IMG/VR virus record: IMGVR_UViG_3300031945_000008
Span: 1-44,493 of that record
Strand: one strand, 5' to 3'
Length of the DNA: 44,493 nucleotides
Source of the DNA: a virus
Taxonomy: Duplodnaviria > Caudoviricetes
Shown: positions 17,674-28,134 of the stretch, in pieces
Layout of the letters: each line of letters begins with the position of its first letter
How positions within the stretch are numbered: the stretch's first letter is position 1
The notes under the pieces: generated by a model
The model's database searches: none
Told to the model about the DNA's origin: nothing
What the model saw: the letters and a program-made list of their open reading frames with translations, nothing else
Translations under genes and position numbers: made by a program

Positions 17674-19459
17674 TATCACTAAAAATCCAGGTCCGTTATT
17701 GACGTCCGAGATCATTGGGGGAGTGAGTTTAGTTCCCGATGAGTTCCGGGCGCAGGTTCCACTTGTAATAACGAATCAGGAAAACCCTGTCGACGTCGAA
17801 CCGGACGACCCTGCTATGGATAAGACGGGTCTTCTATTGGAGTCGAGGGTTACTCAGACTCGGACCGACGAGCGTAAAAAGACCAACTCGTTCTTGAAGT
17901 CAAAAATCTTAACCTCCTTAGTGTCTAGTGTTAAGTTGCGTGATGGTCAGATTGGAACGTTGACTCGATCGCTTGTTCCGGTAGGAACCATGCTGCCAGT
18001 CGATGCCACAACCGAGGAGGCGAGTCAAAAGAATCTTGGGACTGGAGAGATGGTTCAAGAGGTTCTTGAAGCACCCACTGTCTTCCCCGCGGCGGTGTAC
18101 GGTGTTCATATACCCGACGTCATTCCGGAAGAGTTTCGAGTAGCAGTACCAACCCAGAACACGGAGATCACCGCAGCTGGTCAGGCTAATACGAGTCCGG
18201 TTCTTGGGACCGGCGAGCTCGTGCACGAGGAATCCAACGTCGATATCTGGAAGAAACGGACTAAGTCGGTTTTCCGTTCCAGCGTCGCCGTTCCCGTAAC
18301 CCTCAACGACTCCCTTTTTGCTGGTCCGGTTGGAGCGGCGGAGTTTGCTAGCACCGTTACTAAGGCTAACACTCTAGACAACGGACAGCAGTCTATCCTG
18401 ACAGGGTTTTTGGTTCTACGTTCTAACGTCAAAAACCTCGGCAACAACCAAAGCCTACGCGAAGCCGAGACCATCGACGCGTTTCCTACGCTCACCGATA
18501 ACCTAATGGACCGTAAGACCGGTATCATTTCCAACAAGGTCAAGACGATCGTTGCAACTGGCACCGCAAACCCTGCTGGGTCGGAGCAGATAACACTTGA
18601 TAAGTTTAGGACCCTACGAACCACCGAGACCGTTGACCCAACCTCGCTCGCCTCTATCTCGTGGAACTTTCCGGGAGTCACAAATATGCAGGTGCCCACC
18701 GAACTCACGAGTATTACGGTTTACCAAGAAGGGAACGCGGGTGCCGGAAACTATAACGAATCTGGCTCCTACGCCCTTACTGCTCATGGGTCTGGTGGCG
18801 TTGCACTCAGAGGTCATGCACAAGGAAGTGCTACAGCACTATACGAGGTTGGATACACCGTGAAGGAAGCGTGGGGCGAGAATGTTCCATGCACTCACGT
18901 TCTATTCTTCGCCGCTTCTACGTCTACACGAGCGAGTTTAATATCGCGAATTTCTACGATCATGGCCATTACCGTCAACGACTGGCCGATATTTAAACCA
19001 CAGGGGATAGTTGTGGTAGTTAACGGCGGGAAGAGTAATGTCCAACTCGAGTTATCTGCGGTGGCTCATGACGTAACTATTGCTGACTTCAATGGGGTCG
19101 TCCAGCTTTCGGCAAGCGCGAGGACTAATGGTGGAGGTTCTTCACTCGACTTTGGTGCTGCTACTAAAGCCGTTCGTATTCCTCCAACGATTCACGGACT
19201 CATAAATGTAAGTGGTGGAAACTCCTTCACCGAAAGTTACGCGTCGTCTAGCTCGATTGGCACTGGAGTCAACACGACAACGGGAACTATAAGTGGGTCC
19301 GCGACCGCGAATGTGTTGACAACGTCTTTCCCTGCGACGGCGGGACAATCAACCATTCCGACGAGTGGTAGTTTTGTTCACAAATTAAATGCCGAACCTT
19401 ACCTCCCTGGCACCATTATGGTCCATGCGGAGGTGATAGACTTTGCAAATGTGGGATGA
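17666..19459 (+). CDS. Tail structural protein with an internal duplication
   Basis: Position after the adaptor; duplicated N-terminal domain and Ser/Thr/Gly-rich C-terminus. Confidence 0.65.
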   Translation: MPSITKNPGPLLTSEIIGGVSLVPDEFRAQVPLVITNQENPVDVEPDDPAMDKTGLLLESRVTQTRTDERKKTNSFLKSKILTSLVSSVKLRDGQIGTLTRSLVPVGTMLPVDATTEEASQKNLGTGEMVQEVLEAPTVFPAAVYGVHIPDVIPEEFRVAVPTQNTEITAAGQANTSPVLGTGELVHEESNVDIWKKRTKSVFRSSVAVPVTLNDSLFAGPVGAAEFASTVTKANTLDNGQQSILTGFLVLRSNVKNLGNNQSLREAETIDAFPTLTDNLMDRKTGIISNKVKTIVATGTANPAGSEQITLDKFRTLRTTETVDPTSLASISWNFPGVTNMQVPTELTSITVYQEGNAGAGNYNESGSYALTAHGSGGVALRGHAQGSATALYEVGYTVKEAWGENVPCTHVLFFAASTSTRASLISRISTIMAITVNDWPIFKPQGIVVVVNGGKSNVQLELSAVAHDVTIADFNGVVQLSASARTNGGGSSLDFGAATKAVRIPPTIHGLINVSGGNSFTESYASSSSIGTGVNTTTGTISGSATANVLTTSFPATAGQSTIPTSGSFVHKLNAEPYLPGTIMVHAEVIDFANVG

Positions 19460-20069
19460 CCCTTTAGATCAGAACGGGGACGATGAAGCTGCAACGGCGT
19501 TACTAAACTTCTATCGTCGGAACATTGAGGCACGACCTCCATTTCAACCAAGGCCAAGGTTCGAAGTGCAGACGGACGTACAGATGTTTGGTACCCATGA
19601 GATGCGTCCGCTTGACCCACCAAAGGCTGCACCATCGGTGGAAGGGGGAGCACTGCAAACAAACTTCCCTCAGTCCTTCAACTGGCTCCCTGTTGCAGTT
19701 GGGTTTTTTGGGGTGTGGAATAATCTCACTTTGTACGCCTATACTCCTGACTTTAGTGCTCAATACGCTTTTAACGGTACCGTTACCGTACCTGTTGACA
19801 CCGCTTTTTACACGGCTTACTCTGGTGGAATCGCAATAGGGACAGGAACTCTTTTTGGTCTCTTTGCTTTTGACGCTGCATCTTACAACATGGTCAATGG
19901 CATTGCCGACCCTGTTAGTCTTTTTTGTAATACTCCTAGCTTTCCCGGTGCCACCAACTATGTAGGGGAAATCTACCTTTCGGTTGGTGATCCATCCCGT
20001 CCAAGCTATCGTGCACCTAACAGCAACAATGTAATAGGTCAAAACTTTTACGACCAGCTCTTGCGATGA
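19443..20069 (+). CDS. Putative virion protein
   Basis: Overlaps both neighbours in the late operon; GGAGG upstream. Confidence 0.65.
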   Translation: MQMWDDPLDQNGDDEAATALLNFYRRNIEARPPFQPRPRFEVQTDVQMFGTHEMRPLDPPKAAPSVEGGALQTNFPQSFNWLPVAVGFFGVWNNLTLYAYTPDFSAQYAFNGTVTVPVDTAFYTAYSGGIAIGTGTLFGLFAFDAASYNMVNGIADPVSLFCNTPSFPGATNYVGEIYLSVGDPSRPSYRAPNSNNVIGQNFYDQLLR

Positions 20070-20599
20070 GTACTCAAACTAGAATAATGCGGACGGACAC
20101 GGTGATAACGGACACCCAGATCACTATAACATCCTACTTCCAAAATAGTGTGTTGCGAGACTTCGTCACCATTGGTGCTGGTGAGGACACTAATAGTGGT
20201 AATACATTCATCGCCCACAAGAACGCGTGTAAAGGCGTAGCCCCAGCGGCAACGGCCCCATCCTGCACCGCCTCTCCTATCGGTCAGTGGGTTTTGTCTA
20301 AGGTTAGTTCGACCCCGGTAACGGTGACTGGTAAGAACGAGGTTATTGCCGTGCCGACTGGAAACGCAGGAGTGTTACTATTTAGCCTCACTAACAATGA
20401 CGGAACGGACGTTGAATACTCCAAGAATGGGGGTACGTGGACGGCGTTTACTAATGGTGTAACCATAACATTAGTCAATGGAGATCAGTTAAAGCTTCAA
20501 TGTAACGGTTTACCTTCTGGTGGTTCTTGCATCGGGTCTGTGATTGACAACTCTACGTCAATGACCCTAGACCTTTTCCAATTTAAAAACCCGTCATAA
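20066..20599 (+). CDS. Putative virion protein (beta-rich)
   Basis: ATGA overlap; Thr/Gly/Asn-rich. Confidence 0.65.
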   Translation: MSTQTRIMRTDTVITDTQITITSYFQNSVLRDFVTIGAGEDTNSGNTFIAHKNACKGVAPAATAPSCTASPIGQWVLSKVSSTPVTVTGKNEVIAVPTGNAGVLLFSLTNNDGTDVEYSKNGGTWTAFTNGVTITLVNGDQLKLQCNGLPSGGSCIGSVIDNSTSMTLDLFQFKNPS

Positions 20600-20603
20600 A
20601 CCT

Positions 20604-21542
20604 ATGCCAACAGTATCAGTATCACCATTCTTTCCACAAACACAGCTTGGTCCAAGTCGAATTATCTACACTCCCGTGGACGATATTGAGCGACGATTAC
20701 GTCTTGCTCAGTTGAGAAAGTTGGAGTTAGAACCAGAACAGGAACGTCGACTCTTCTTGGAAGAGCAACGGCGATTCGGTATAACAAGTGCGCAGGCTGA
20801 ACGTCGTCTTGCTGAGGAAGAACGTCGTCTTGCCGAAGAAGAACGTTACCACGGTACCGAAGCCGGACAGGTTGAGGAAACACAAAGGCTTGCACGTGAG
20901 CGCTTAGCCACTGAAACCGGACAGTTTACTGAAGCACAAAAGCTCGCACGTGAACGACTAGCTCAAGAGTTGACTCTTGGTCAGCAAGGGCACCACGCCG
21001 CGGTGGTCGATACGTTGATGAAGACGTTACCTTATCTTGGGACGACGCCGGAGAACATAGGACAGATTGCGTCGCAGGTTTTAAAGGAGAGTGGTTATCC
21101 GCAACTTGCCGATTCATTTGCTACGTTTCACGAGGGAGAGTTGGCGAAACAGGTTGCAAGAGCATCAGCGGCGTACCAAGCCGCCTCTCCTAGACAGCGT
21201 GAAACCTTATTAAAGTCTCCTCAATACCAGGGTGAGCTATCCGAACGAATTAAGGCGTCGTTGCCAGAAGACCTTCGAGCAGGGTTCAAACCTCCAACTA
21301 CGGCGGGGACGACGACTGACGAAACGATTCACGGTCCTGTTTTTGGGTATCCTTACGGGTACAAAACCTCAGGACCGGGTCGTTGGGTTACAGCTCTGAC
21401 TGCAAGTCCGACGCCACCTATGGGTGCGCCAACGCCAGCTCCTGCGGTTGCAGCACGTCGCAACGACCTCTTGTGGGGGTTGTTGTCACAACCAAACCCT
21501 TCGTTGTCGCCAAACCCTAATAATTCGGTCACATCTTATTGA
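20604..21542 (+). CDS. Putative internal virion/ejection protein (coiled coil)
   Basis: ERRLAEE tandem repeats and two [RK]LARERLA repeats; precedes the giant internal protein. Confidence 0.6.
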   Translation: MPTVSVSPFFPQTQLGPSRIIYTPVDDIERRLRLAQLRKLELEPEQERRLFLEEQRRFGITSAQAERRLAEEERRLAEEERYHGTEAGQVEETQRLARERLATETGQFTEAQKLARERLAQELTLGQQGHHAAVVDTLMKTLPYLGTTPENIGQIASQVLKESGYPQLADSFATFHEGELAKQVARASAAYQAASPRQRETLLKSPQYQGELSERIKASLPEDLRAGFKPPTTAGTTTDETIHGPVFGYPYGYKTSGPGRWVTALTASPTPPMGAPTPAPAVAARRNDLLWGLLSQPNPSLSPNPNNSVTSY

Positions 21543-21573
21543 TCCGTAATAATCATTTTTTTGGGAATTACTT

Positions 21574-24500
21574 GTGCCCCTTTCGTACAGAGACATTCGT
21601 GACATCTATGACACTGAAAAGGACCTAGGACTTGTAAAGGAGTCCCTGCCTGAGTGGAGTCAGAGGATGAACACTCAGACAAGCTCGACAGAGTATAGCG
21701 AGGGTCTTAGAGATAACTGGTGGCGTCGGTGGTCAACTGCGGCGGACAAAAACTTCTTCGAACCAATCGGTTCGGTCACGTCGGAACCAATAGGACGGCA
21801 GATTGGTGGGATATTTGGTGGGGAAAAGGGTGAGGAGATTGGGGCTAGGATTGGACGAAGCTTGCCGAGGACGTTGACGCAGACTGTTCCGGTGATTGCG
21901 GCGACGGCTTTGTCGGGTGGTAGTGCTGCAATACCGTTTATTGGTGCGGCTGCAACGGGTGGCCTATTCGGTGCCCAGACCCTTGCCGAGACTGGTAGTG
22001 CCCCGGCTGCGTTAGTTTCTGGTGGAGTCGCCGCTGCACTCCCTAGCATCGGGGGCGTGGGTGAGAAGATCGCGGCACGCACGTTTGGAGAGACGTTTCT
22101 ACCAAAATTCATTGGTTCTCAAGTCGCACAAACCACTGCACTTCAAGCACAGGGGCTTGCCGAGTCGGCTATTTTAGGTCAGCCATATGACCCGATGTCG
22201 GCTGAGTTCTGGTCACAACAGATTCCGTTCACTGTCTACGATTTAGTGGCGAGGACGGTAGCGAAACCTGTGCCTGCGCCTGTGGCTGGTGCTGCCAAGG
22301 TGACACCACCGACTCCGAAGTACGAACCTCGCGTCCACACCGCCGAAGAGGACGCTAACATCGAGGCGATGTTGGCAAAGGTGACGGATGCATACACATC
22401 CCCGACCGCATCGCAGGTCGATAAAGAGGGTGCGCTTGCGGCTGCAGGTGCACTGGTTCAAGACCCTACGAAGATCATTAAGTCGTCACGTTCAGGGAAG
22501 GTTGAACCGATGGTGTCGGTGACAGGGTGGATAAAGCCGAACGAGAATGGGAACTTGAAGATGTTGGTAAAGTCGGCGCAGGGGTATGACGTTAGTGAGG
22601 TTCATGGTAACGTTTGGCTCAATGACAACGCGGACGCGACTCTGGAACAAAACCCGGATGGAACGGTCACGGTCACGACACCGAAGCGGTTTGTAAGTTC
22701 GAACGTGACGTCGCCACTAACTCATAAGAGTTTTGGACTTGATCCCGATAACCTTGAGTTGAAGGTGCAGCCTAAGAACTTGAAGGTGGGGTTGGCACCG
22801 GACGAGAGGCAGGTGTTGGAGACGAGCGGGGTTCCGTTTGCAGAGACTGAAGAAGCAGCCTTGAAGTCGACGGCGCAGAATATTGAGGACGCCGAGACGT
22901 CGATTGTTTCGACAAGGGAGGAAATTAAGAAGGTCCCTGAACGACCGGAAGAAGTCCACTCCATCCTCGTAACTCCAGGTAAGACGGTCGAGGACGTAAA
23001 GCCTGTAATAAAGAAAGCTCTTGACGAGGGTTTAACCCCAACTCAGGCCGTTGAGAAGGCACGGTTGATCGAGCAGACTCCCCAACTCGACCTCTCCATT
23101 TCCGAACTCGAGACCCAAAAGGAACGTGCTCGACGGATTGCTGCGGGGGTTAAGTTTGGTGGTGGAAAAGCCTCGACCCTTCTGGACTCAAAAGGTCGGC
23201 GCCTTGGAACCCCGGGCTCTGAGTTAGTCTTTGGTGGTGAGGTTGACGCACAAACATTCTTGGACGAGTACGAAAAGTCCTACCCTCACTTAGATATGAG
23301 GGTCACGTCTCGGGTTCTGAAGGGGAAGCGTCAGTGGTTCATTCGGGTTGAAGGGTTGAAGACCACACCTCTCATTGAGGACGAGGTGGATGTTGCCGCA
23401 CCACCAGTTGATCTAAGACCCGCTGTTTCGAAGTATGATGTGTTGAGGAAGCTCGACGTTGCGGAGAGGGTTCCTGAAACGTTCGCGCAGTATTATAACG
23501 AAGACCTCGTGCCGGACGAACCCATCGACGCCGTAAGGAAAGCGCGGATTACACTCCAGCTTGGAGAACAGGGGTTGGAGAAGGTTAACGCCGCTCTACG
23601 CGCGGCTGACCTACTTCCGTTCAAGGACATGAACGACATGCGGACTCAGATGACGGAGTTGATGGAAGCTGCTGACTCTTTCAACAAGAAGTACACCAAC
23701 TTCTCTATGGGTTCCAAGTTCCCTGTGTTCAACCCTGAAATCGCTACGAGGGTTGGAGTCTTTCGTAACGGTCAGTTATTGGAGGACGGGTTCCCTGCGT
23801 TCCTTGAATGGTTTGTTAACTGGAAAGAGAGTGGGTTTGCAGGGAAGCTTGTCGATGCGGTGAGAAAAGCCTATGACACCTCACCGATCAAGTTGAAGTT
23901 TGATGCGGGTGATAAAATGTCTTACTCTCACATCGACCGTGATATCAACGTTGACTGGCTACCGGCCAGCGAGGAGGAGTTGGGTAGGTGGGCGTTGGAC
24001 ATGGTTCATGAATTTGGTCATGACACCATTAGGGAGTTGTTAAAACGAACTGACCCAGCCGCGATGCAGTTCAGGGCGACATTGATAGAGTCGATTGAGG
24101 CTCTAAAAAAGAGTCCTTTGATTCCACCCGAGATTAGGTCCAAGTTGCATCACTCCAGCGAGATGACCAAACGCCTCTACGGGAGTGGTACTGTTAGTGA
24201 TTACCTTAAGAGGTATATAGAGTTGACTGGTGACAAGAAGGGAGAGTGGGTACACATCTTCTACGGACTCTCTAACGAGGATGAGTTCGTTGCACAGATG
24301 TTTGGGTCACCTAAGATGGTTGGTCTAATGGCACGAACCCCAATGCCACGGCGGCCGGTGAGTATCTTACAGTTTCTATCGAGTGTGTGGAATAATTACT
24401 TTGGTGGAAGGACCGACACGGATAACGTGCTTGCGCAGGTGCTTAGCCACTATGATAATTACCTCGCAGGAAAAAGAATCCGACCAACGAAAGAAGGGAT

Positions 24501-27500
24501 AGTTGCGTCACCACAGCAACCGTACTCGGGATACAACTTCATTCGTGATAGTCTTGTTGCGACCGGAGTGCGACCGGAGGCGTTGACCAACCGGATTCAC
24601 GATATCGTAGAGTATTTCAACACGGGGGACATGACGCACCTTCTCAACGGGTATCAGAGGGATTCGGACGCGAACGTGCTTCCTGCGACGGAGATGGGAG
24701 GTGAGATACACCCTGAGATTACGAAGGCGTTGACGACCGGCACGGTGCAGGACGTGGCTGCAAGGACGGTTAATTTACTAATGGCCGACGTCTCTATGCA
24801 TAGCGACCTTCTTGCACGACTAAAACAGGACGTCGGTATTGCGACTAAACTTTACACTAACATCCAGCAAGGTTTGGTACCCGGAGAGTTACCACCTAAC
24901 GCCTTCGGTTTTATTCGGACGGCGCAGTCGAAACTTGCTGCTATGAGTCGGTCGCTTGATCGACAAGGAAGGGATATCACAAGGTATAACGATCTATCAA
25001 ACTTCACGATCAGTGGCATGGAGCGGACGTTGGCGGGTAGGTTGACGTCGGATAGGTTGCCGGCTCCACCGGACCCCACGTCAATGGCGGCTAAGGCACG
25101 AGCAGCGTTGGGGTTGGAGGAATACGAACCTTCCGAACGGACGAAGGTTTCTCGCGCGGAGTTGGATGAGGGTCGGGCGACACGCTTCTTTAAGGGAGTA
25201 CGGCGGTGGGGAATGTTCACGCAGTACTTGAAGGGTTTGATACCTGAAATCCGTCCGGCTTTCGACCATATCTCTCAGAACCAAGGTGAGTCCAACCTTC
25301 GGATGAACGAGCTTAACGTGGTTCGGAATACAGACCCCGTAACAAAAGAGGTCAGTCCAGTTATTGAGGAGGCTAACAGAAGGGTCTTTGCTAACAACAC
25401 TCTAAGGCGTGTCGCATCGGACATCTTGCTCTACCGTCGTGAAGCCTCTAAGAGAGGTTGGCCAACGGAGTTAAGTGCGCCGTATATTAGGGGGAGGCTA
25501 GCTACCCTAAACGGGCCAGACCAGACGACGGTCACAACATACCTCAATTCAGTCCTACATGTGCATGACCACTACGTCGAGAACACAACGGCACAGAAGT
25601 ACCTACCAAAGATAAACCTACTCGACACCGCACGGGTTATTGTAGGTCTTGAACCTGGGATGCGTGTGGCGGTGGGTGAGGACTTAGCTAAGACAATGCA
25701 CGACGCATTAAACCTGCTTCCACAAAACCCGGCCTTGGGTCAACAGATGTTGAAGCAGTTGTCGACCAAAATGTCTGGCGACACGTTCCTGAAGGCGTTG
25801 GAGTTCTCACGTAATGTTCTGGCCGCATCACAGAAACATATTGAGTTTATGCGGGCGAACAAATACTACGTCTCGGAGCAGAGGCTCGATGGTAAGTACG
25901 GCCTTCGAATGATAACGGTAAATAATGAACCGTTTTTCCAAACCTACCCTTCACAGGAAGCCGCACAAAAACGAGCAAAGGAGTTGGAGAGGTTGGGGTA
26001 TAAGTTTTTGGAGTTCGTTCCAAAGAGCGACGCGCATCTTGTGGGCGGATTGACTGACGCCTTTTTGAATAGTGTTCGTGAACTCGACCAGCAACGATCC
26101 AACCAGCTTGAGGCTGCATTCAAAGACAAGCCAGAAGTTCTGGAGGCCATTCTTCCAGCGGTACAGCGGGCGAGGGACTACGAAGCTTCACGTATGTCCT
26201 TCGCTGCTGTGCCGGGTGCCGGCTTTCCTGGTATTAGATTCATCGCTGGACGTGAGGAGATGGATATGGTTCAGAACGAGTATCTATCTTATTTGAAGTT
26301 CAACAACTGGATGCACCACCAGCTCACTCGGTCACAGTCGCGGCTGGACCTATTGGAACCGGAACTAATGGCAAACAGGGCTGCGACCAAAATTGTCCAG
26401 CAGCACGTTGACAACTTCCTCAAGCCTGACAACCAGATCGCCCGTGCATTGTCGGAGATTACGTTCAACTGGAAGTTGGCGTTTAATTTTGGTGTGAATT
26501 TCCTACACGGAATACAGGGCTACACGACGGGTATGACGTCGTTGATTTCCGAGACCGGCGGCGTTGGTGACGCATTCAAATACACCACTCGTGCACAAAA
26601 GGCTATTCTCCAGCGGGTCACATCGGGGAAGTGGGAAAGTGACGACCTACGGTGGTTGGCAAACATAAGTTCGGGTGAGGGAATTCGTGGGTTTGCCTCG
26701 TGGGACTCGGATATCGGAGACAAAACTCGAGAGTCCGTACTCAATGCCAACACTCCTCCATGGATAAAACCAGTGGAGAAGTTAAAATGGGCTGCACGAT
26801 CCTGGAACGGTATGTTCTTTAAGTACAACGATACACTTGGTCTAGTGGCTGCGTTCATGCTCGGTCGGGAACGGGGAATGGACCATGTAGAAGCGTACCA
26901 ATTCGCAAAGGACGCCAAGGAACGAGGATATTTCACACCAGGTAAGGCAGGAAGACCGGTGGGTCAGTGGAGCGCTGCAACCAGAGCGGTTCCACAACTG
27001 ATGTCGTCGCTGCAGTCGTACGTGCAGAGTTGGTTTTCGTTACTCGCATATAATTATATCCGGGGTTTTGGAAGAGCACCAGCTGATTTGACCCGAGCAC
27101 AGATCGTTGGTGCAAAGAAGGCGTTCTTATACCAACTAGGCGCACAAGCTGTGCTTGGTGGGGCACTTGGACTTCCTGGTGTGGGACAGGGAATGGCGTT
27201 GACGAAGCAATTCACTGGGATCGACGTTATGGGCTGGCTACACCAACACCTTTCAGACCTCTTCAACGAGGACCAAGACGGCGGTGGTATGATGACCACT
27301 CTTGCACTTCACGGTCCAGTCGCTGCGTTCACTCCAGTCGACCCGTCTGGGCGTCATATGCCTAGTATCCCGTATATCGGAGTCAGTCCCTACAAAGGGT
27401 TCGACATCGCTCAACTCGCAGGCGCACCAGTTAGTGGAGTTAGCGACTTTGTTAAGGGTTTAATGGCGGCGGCGAAGGGTGACCTTGAGGGCGCGTCGAA

Positions 27501-28134
27501 GATACTTCCAACCGCGCTGACTGGACCCTTCGAGCTATTTAGAGGTGACGGAGCGGAAGTGCGGGACCGGGCTGGACATTTAATCACCACGATGACGCCG
27601 GCAGAGAGTTTCATTACGGCGTTGGGAATGAAACCGTCAAGGGTCACTCAGTTGAAGGACGTCAACACAGCCGCGAAAGAGGCGTCAACTCGTGCGACCA
27701 AAGAGAAATCCGACCAAATTGTTAAGATCGCCCGGACCTTCACCACCAACCCAGCCGATGCCCGCACCCAACTCTTGCAGTATGCACAGGCAAACCCACA
27801 GGAGGACTACGCAACCCTCACAAGTTCGGTTGCACACCACGTCGCCGACATGACGATTCCTTATGATTACCGACGTCATGTTAATGCGGGTGCAGACCTT
27901 ATTGGTCTCGGTACTAGACAACCTTCTTCGGAGGTTCAGCGTCGTCAGATGATCTACCAGACCCAACTCTCCTTAGGTGCCCTACCGCGTCCTAATCCCG
28001 CTGCCGACCGTGAGGCACAGGACATTGACGAATTACTAGACTCCAATCCGTCGATGACTCGTCAACAGGCCGTCAAAGCTACACGTCATATTAAGCGTCG
28101 TCGATCTGCGTTAGTGGAACCAAATGGTTACTGA
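21574..28134 (+). CDS. Large internal virion/DNA-ejection protein (2186 aa, polyvalent type) with a zincin-like HExxH domain
   Basis: Gly/Ala hydrophobic N-terminal helices; VHEFGH...DEFVAQMF; C-terminal membrane-like GAQAVLGGALGLPG region; GTG start. Confidence 0.75.
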   Translation: MPLSYRDIRDIYDTEKDLGLVKESLPEWSQRMNTQTSSTEYSEGLRDNWWRRWSTAADKNFFEPIGSVTSEPIGRQIGGIFGGEKGEEIGARIGRSLPRTLTQTVPVIAATALSGGSAAIPFIGAAATGGLFGAQTLAETGSAPAALVSGGVAAALPSIGGVGEKIAARTFGETFLPKFIGSQVAQTTALQAQGLAESAILGQPYDPMSAEFWSQQIPFTVYDLVARTVAKPVPAPVAGAAKVTPPTPKYEPRVHTAEEDANIEAMLAKVTDAYTSPTASQVDKEGALAAAGALVQDPTKIIKSSRSGKVEPMVSVTGWIKPNENGNLKMLVKSAQGYDVSEVHGNVWLNDNADATLEQNPDGTVTVTTPKRFVSSNVTSPLTHKSFGLDPDNLELKVQPKNLKVGLAPDERQVLETSGVPFAETEEAALKSTAQNIEDAETSIVSTREEIKKVPERPEEVHSILVTPGKTVEDVKPVIKKALDEGLTPTQAVEKARLIEQTPQLDLSISELETQKERARRIAAGVKFGGGKASTLLDSKGRRLGTPGSELVFGGEVDAQTFLDEYEKSYPHLDMRVTSRVLKGKRQWFIRVEGLKTTPLIEDEVDVAAPPVDLRPAVSKYDVLRKLDVAERVPETFAQYYNEDLVPDEPIDAVRKARITLQLGEQGLEKVNAALRAADLLPFKDMNDMRTQMTELMEAADSFNKKYTNFSMGSKFPVFNPEIATRVGVFRNGQLLEDGFPAFLEWFVNWKESGFAGKLVDAVRKAYDTSPIKLKFDAGDKMSYSHIDRDINVDWLPASEEELGRWALDMVHEFGHDTIRELLKRTDPAAMQFRATLIESIEALKKSPLIPPEIRSKLHHSSEMTKRLYGSGTVSDYLKRYIELTGDKKGEWVHIFYGLSNEDEFVAQMFGSPKMVGLMARTPMPRRPVSILQFLSSVWNNYFGGRTDTDNVLAQVLSHYDNYLAGKRIRPTKEGIVASPQQPYSGYNFIRDSLVATGVRPEALTNRIHDIVEYFNTGDMTHLLNGYQRDSDANVLPATEMGGEIHPEITKALTTGTVQDVAARTVNLLMADVSMHSDLLARLKQDVGIATKLYTNIQQGLVPGELPPNAFGFIRTAQSKLAAMSRSLDRQGRDITRYNDLSNFTISGMERTLAGRLTSDRLPAPPDPTSMAAKARAALGLEEYEPSERTKVSRAELDEGRATRFFKGVRRWGMFTQYLKGLIPEIRPAFDHISQNQGESNLRMNELNVVRNTDPVTKEVSPVIEEANRRVFANNTLRRVASDILLYRREASKRGWPTELSAPYIRGRLATLNGPDQTTVTTYLNSVLHVHDHYVENTTAQKYLPKINLLDTARVIVGLEPGMRVAVGEDLAKTMHDALNLLPQNPALGQQMLKQLSTKMSGDTFLKALEFSRNVLAASQKHIEFMRANKYYVSEQRLDGKYGLRMITVNNEPFFQTYPSQEAAQKRAKELERLGYKFLEFVPKSDAHLVGGLTDAFLNSVRELDQQRSNQLEAAFKDKPEVLEAILPAVQRARDYEASRMSFAAVPGAGFPGIRFIAGREEMDMVQNEYLSYLKFNNWMHHQLTRSQSRLDLLEPELMANRAATKIVQQHVDNFLKPDNQIARALSEITFNWKLAFNFGVNFLHGIQGYTTGMTSLISETGGVGDAFKYTTRAQKAILQRVTSGKWESDDLRWLANISSGEGIRGFASWDSDIGDKTRESVLNANTPPWIKPVEKLKWAARSWNGMFFKYNDTLGLVAAFMLGRERGMDHVEAYQFAKDAKERGYFTPGKAGRPVGQWSAATRAVPQLMSSLQSYVQSWFSLLAYNYIRGFGRAPADLTRAQIVGAKKAFLYQLGAQAVLGGALGLPGVGQGMALTKQFTGIDVMGWLHQHLSDLFNEDQDGGGMMTTLALHGPVAAFTPVDPSGRHMPSIPYIGVSPYKGFDIAQLAGAPVSGVSDFVKGLMAAAKGDLEGASKILPTALTGPFELFRGDGAEVRDRAGHLITTMTPAESFITALGMKPSRVTQLKDVNTAAKEASTRATKEKSDQIVKIARTFTTNPADARTQLLQYAQANPQEDYATLTSSVAHHVADMTIPYDYRRHVNAGADLIGLGTRQPSSEVQRRQMIYQTQLSLGALPRPNPAADREAQDIDELLDSNPSMTRQQAVKATRHIKRRRSALVEPNGY

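Noticed and set aside
21574-28134. Virion RNA polymerase inside the giant protein
   Set aside because: No DxDGD/DFDID or T7/N4-type motif found by eye; a structure search would be needed to exclude it fully
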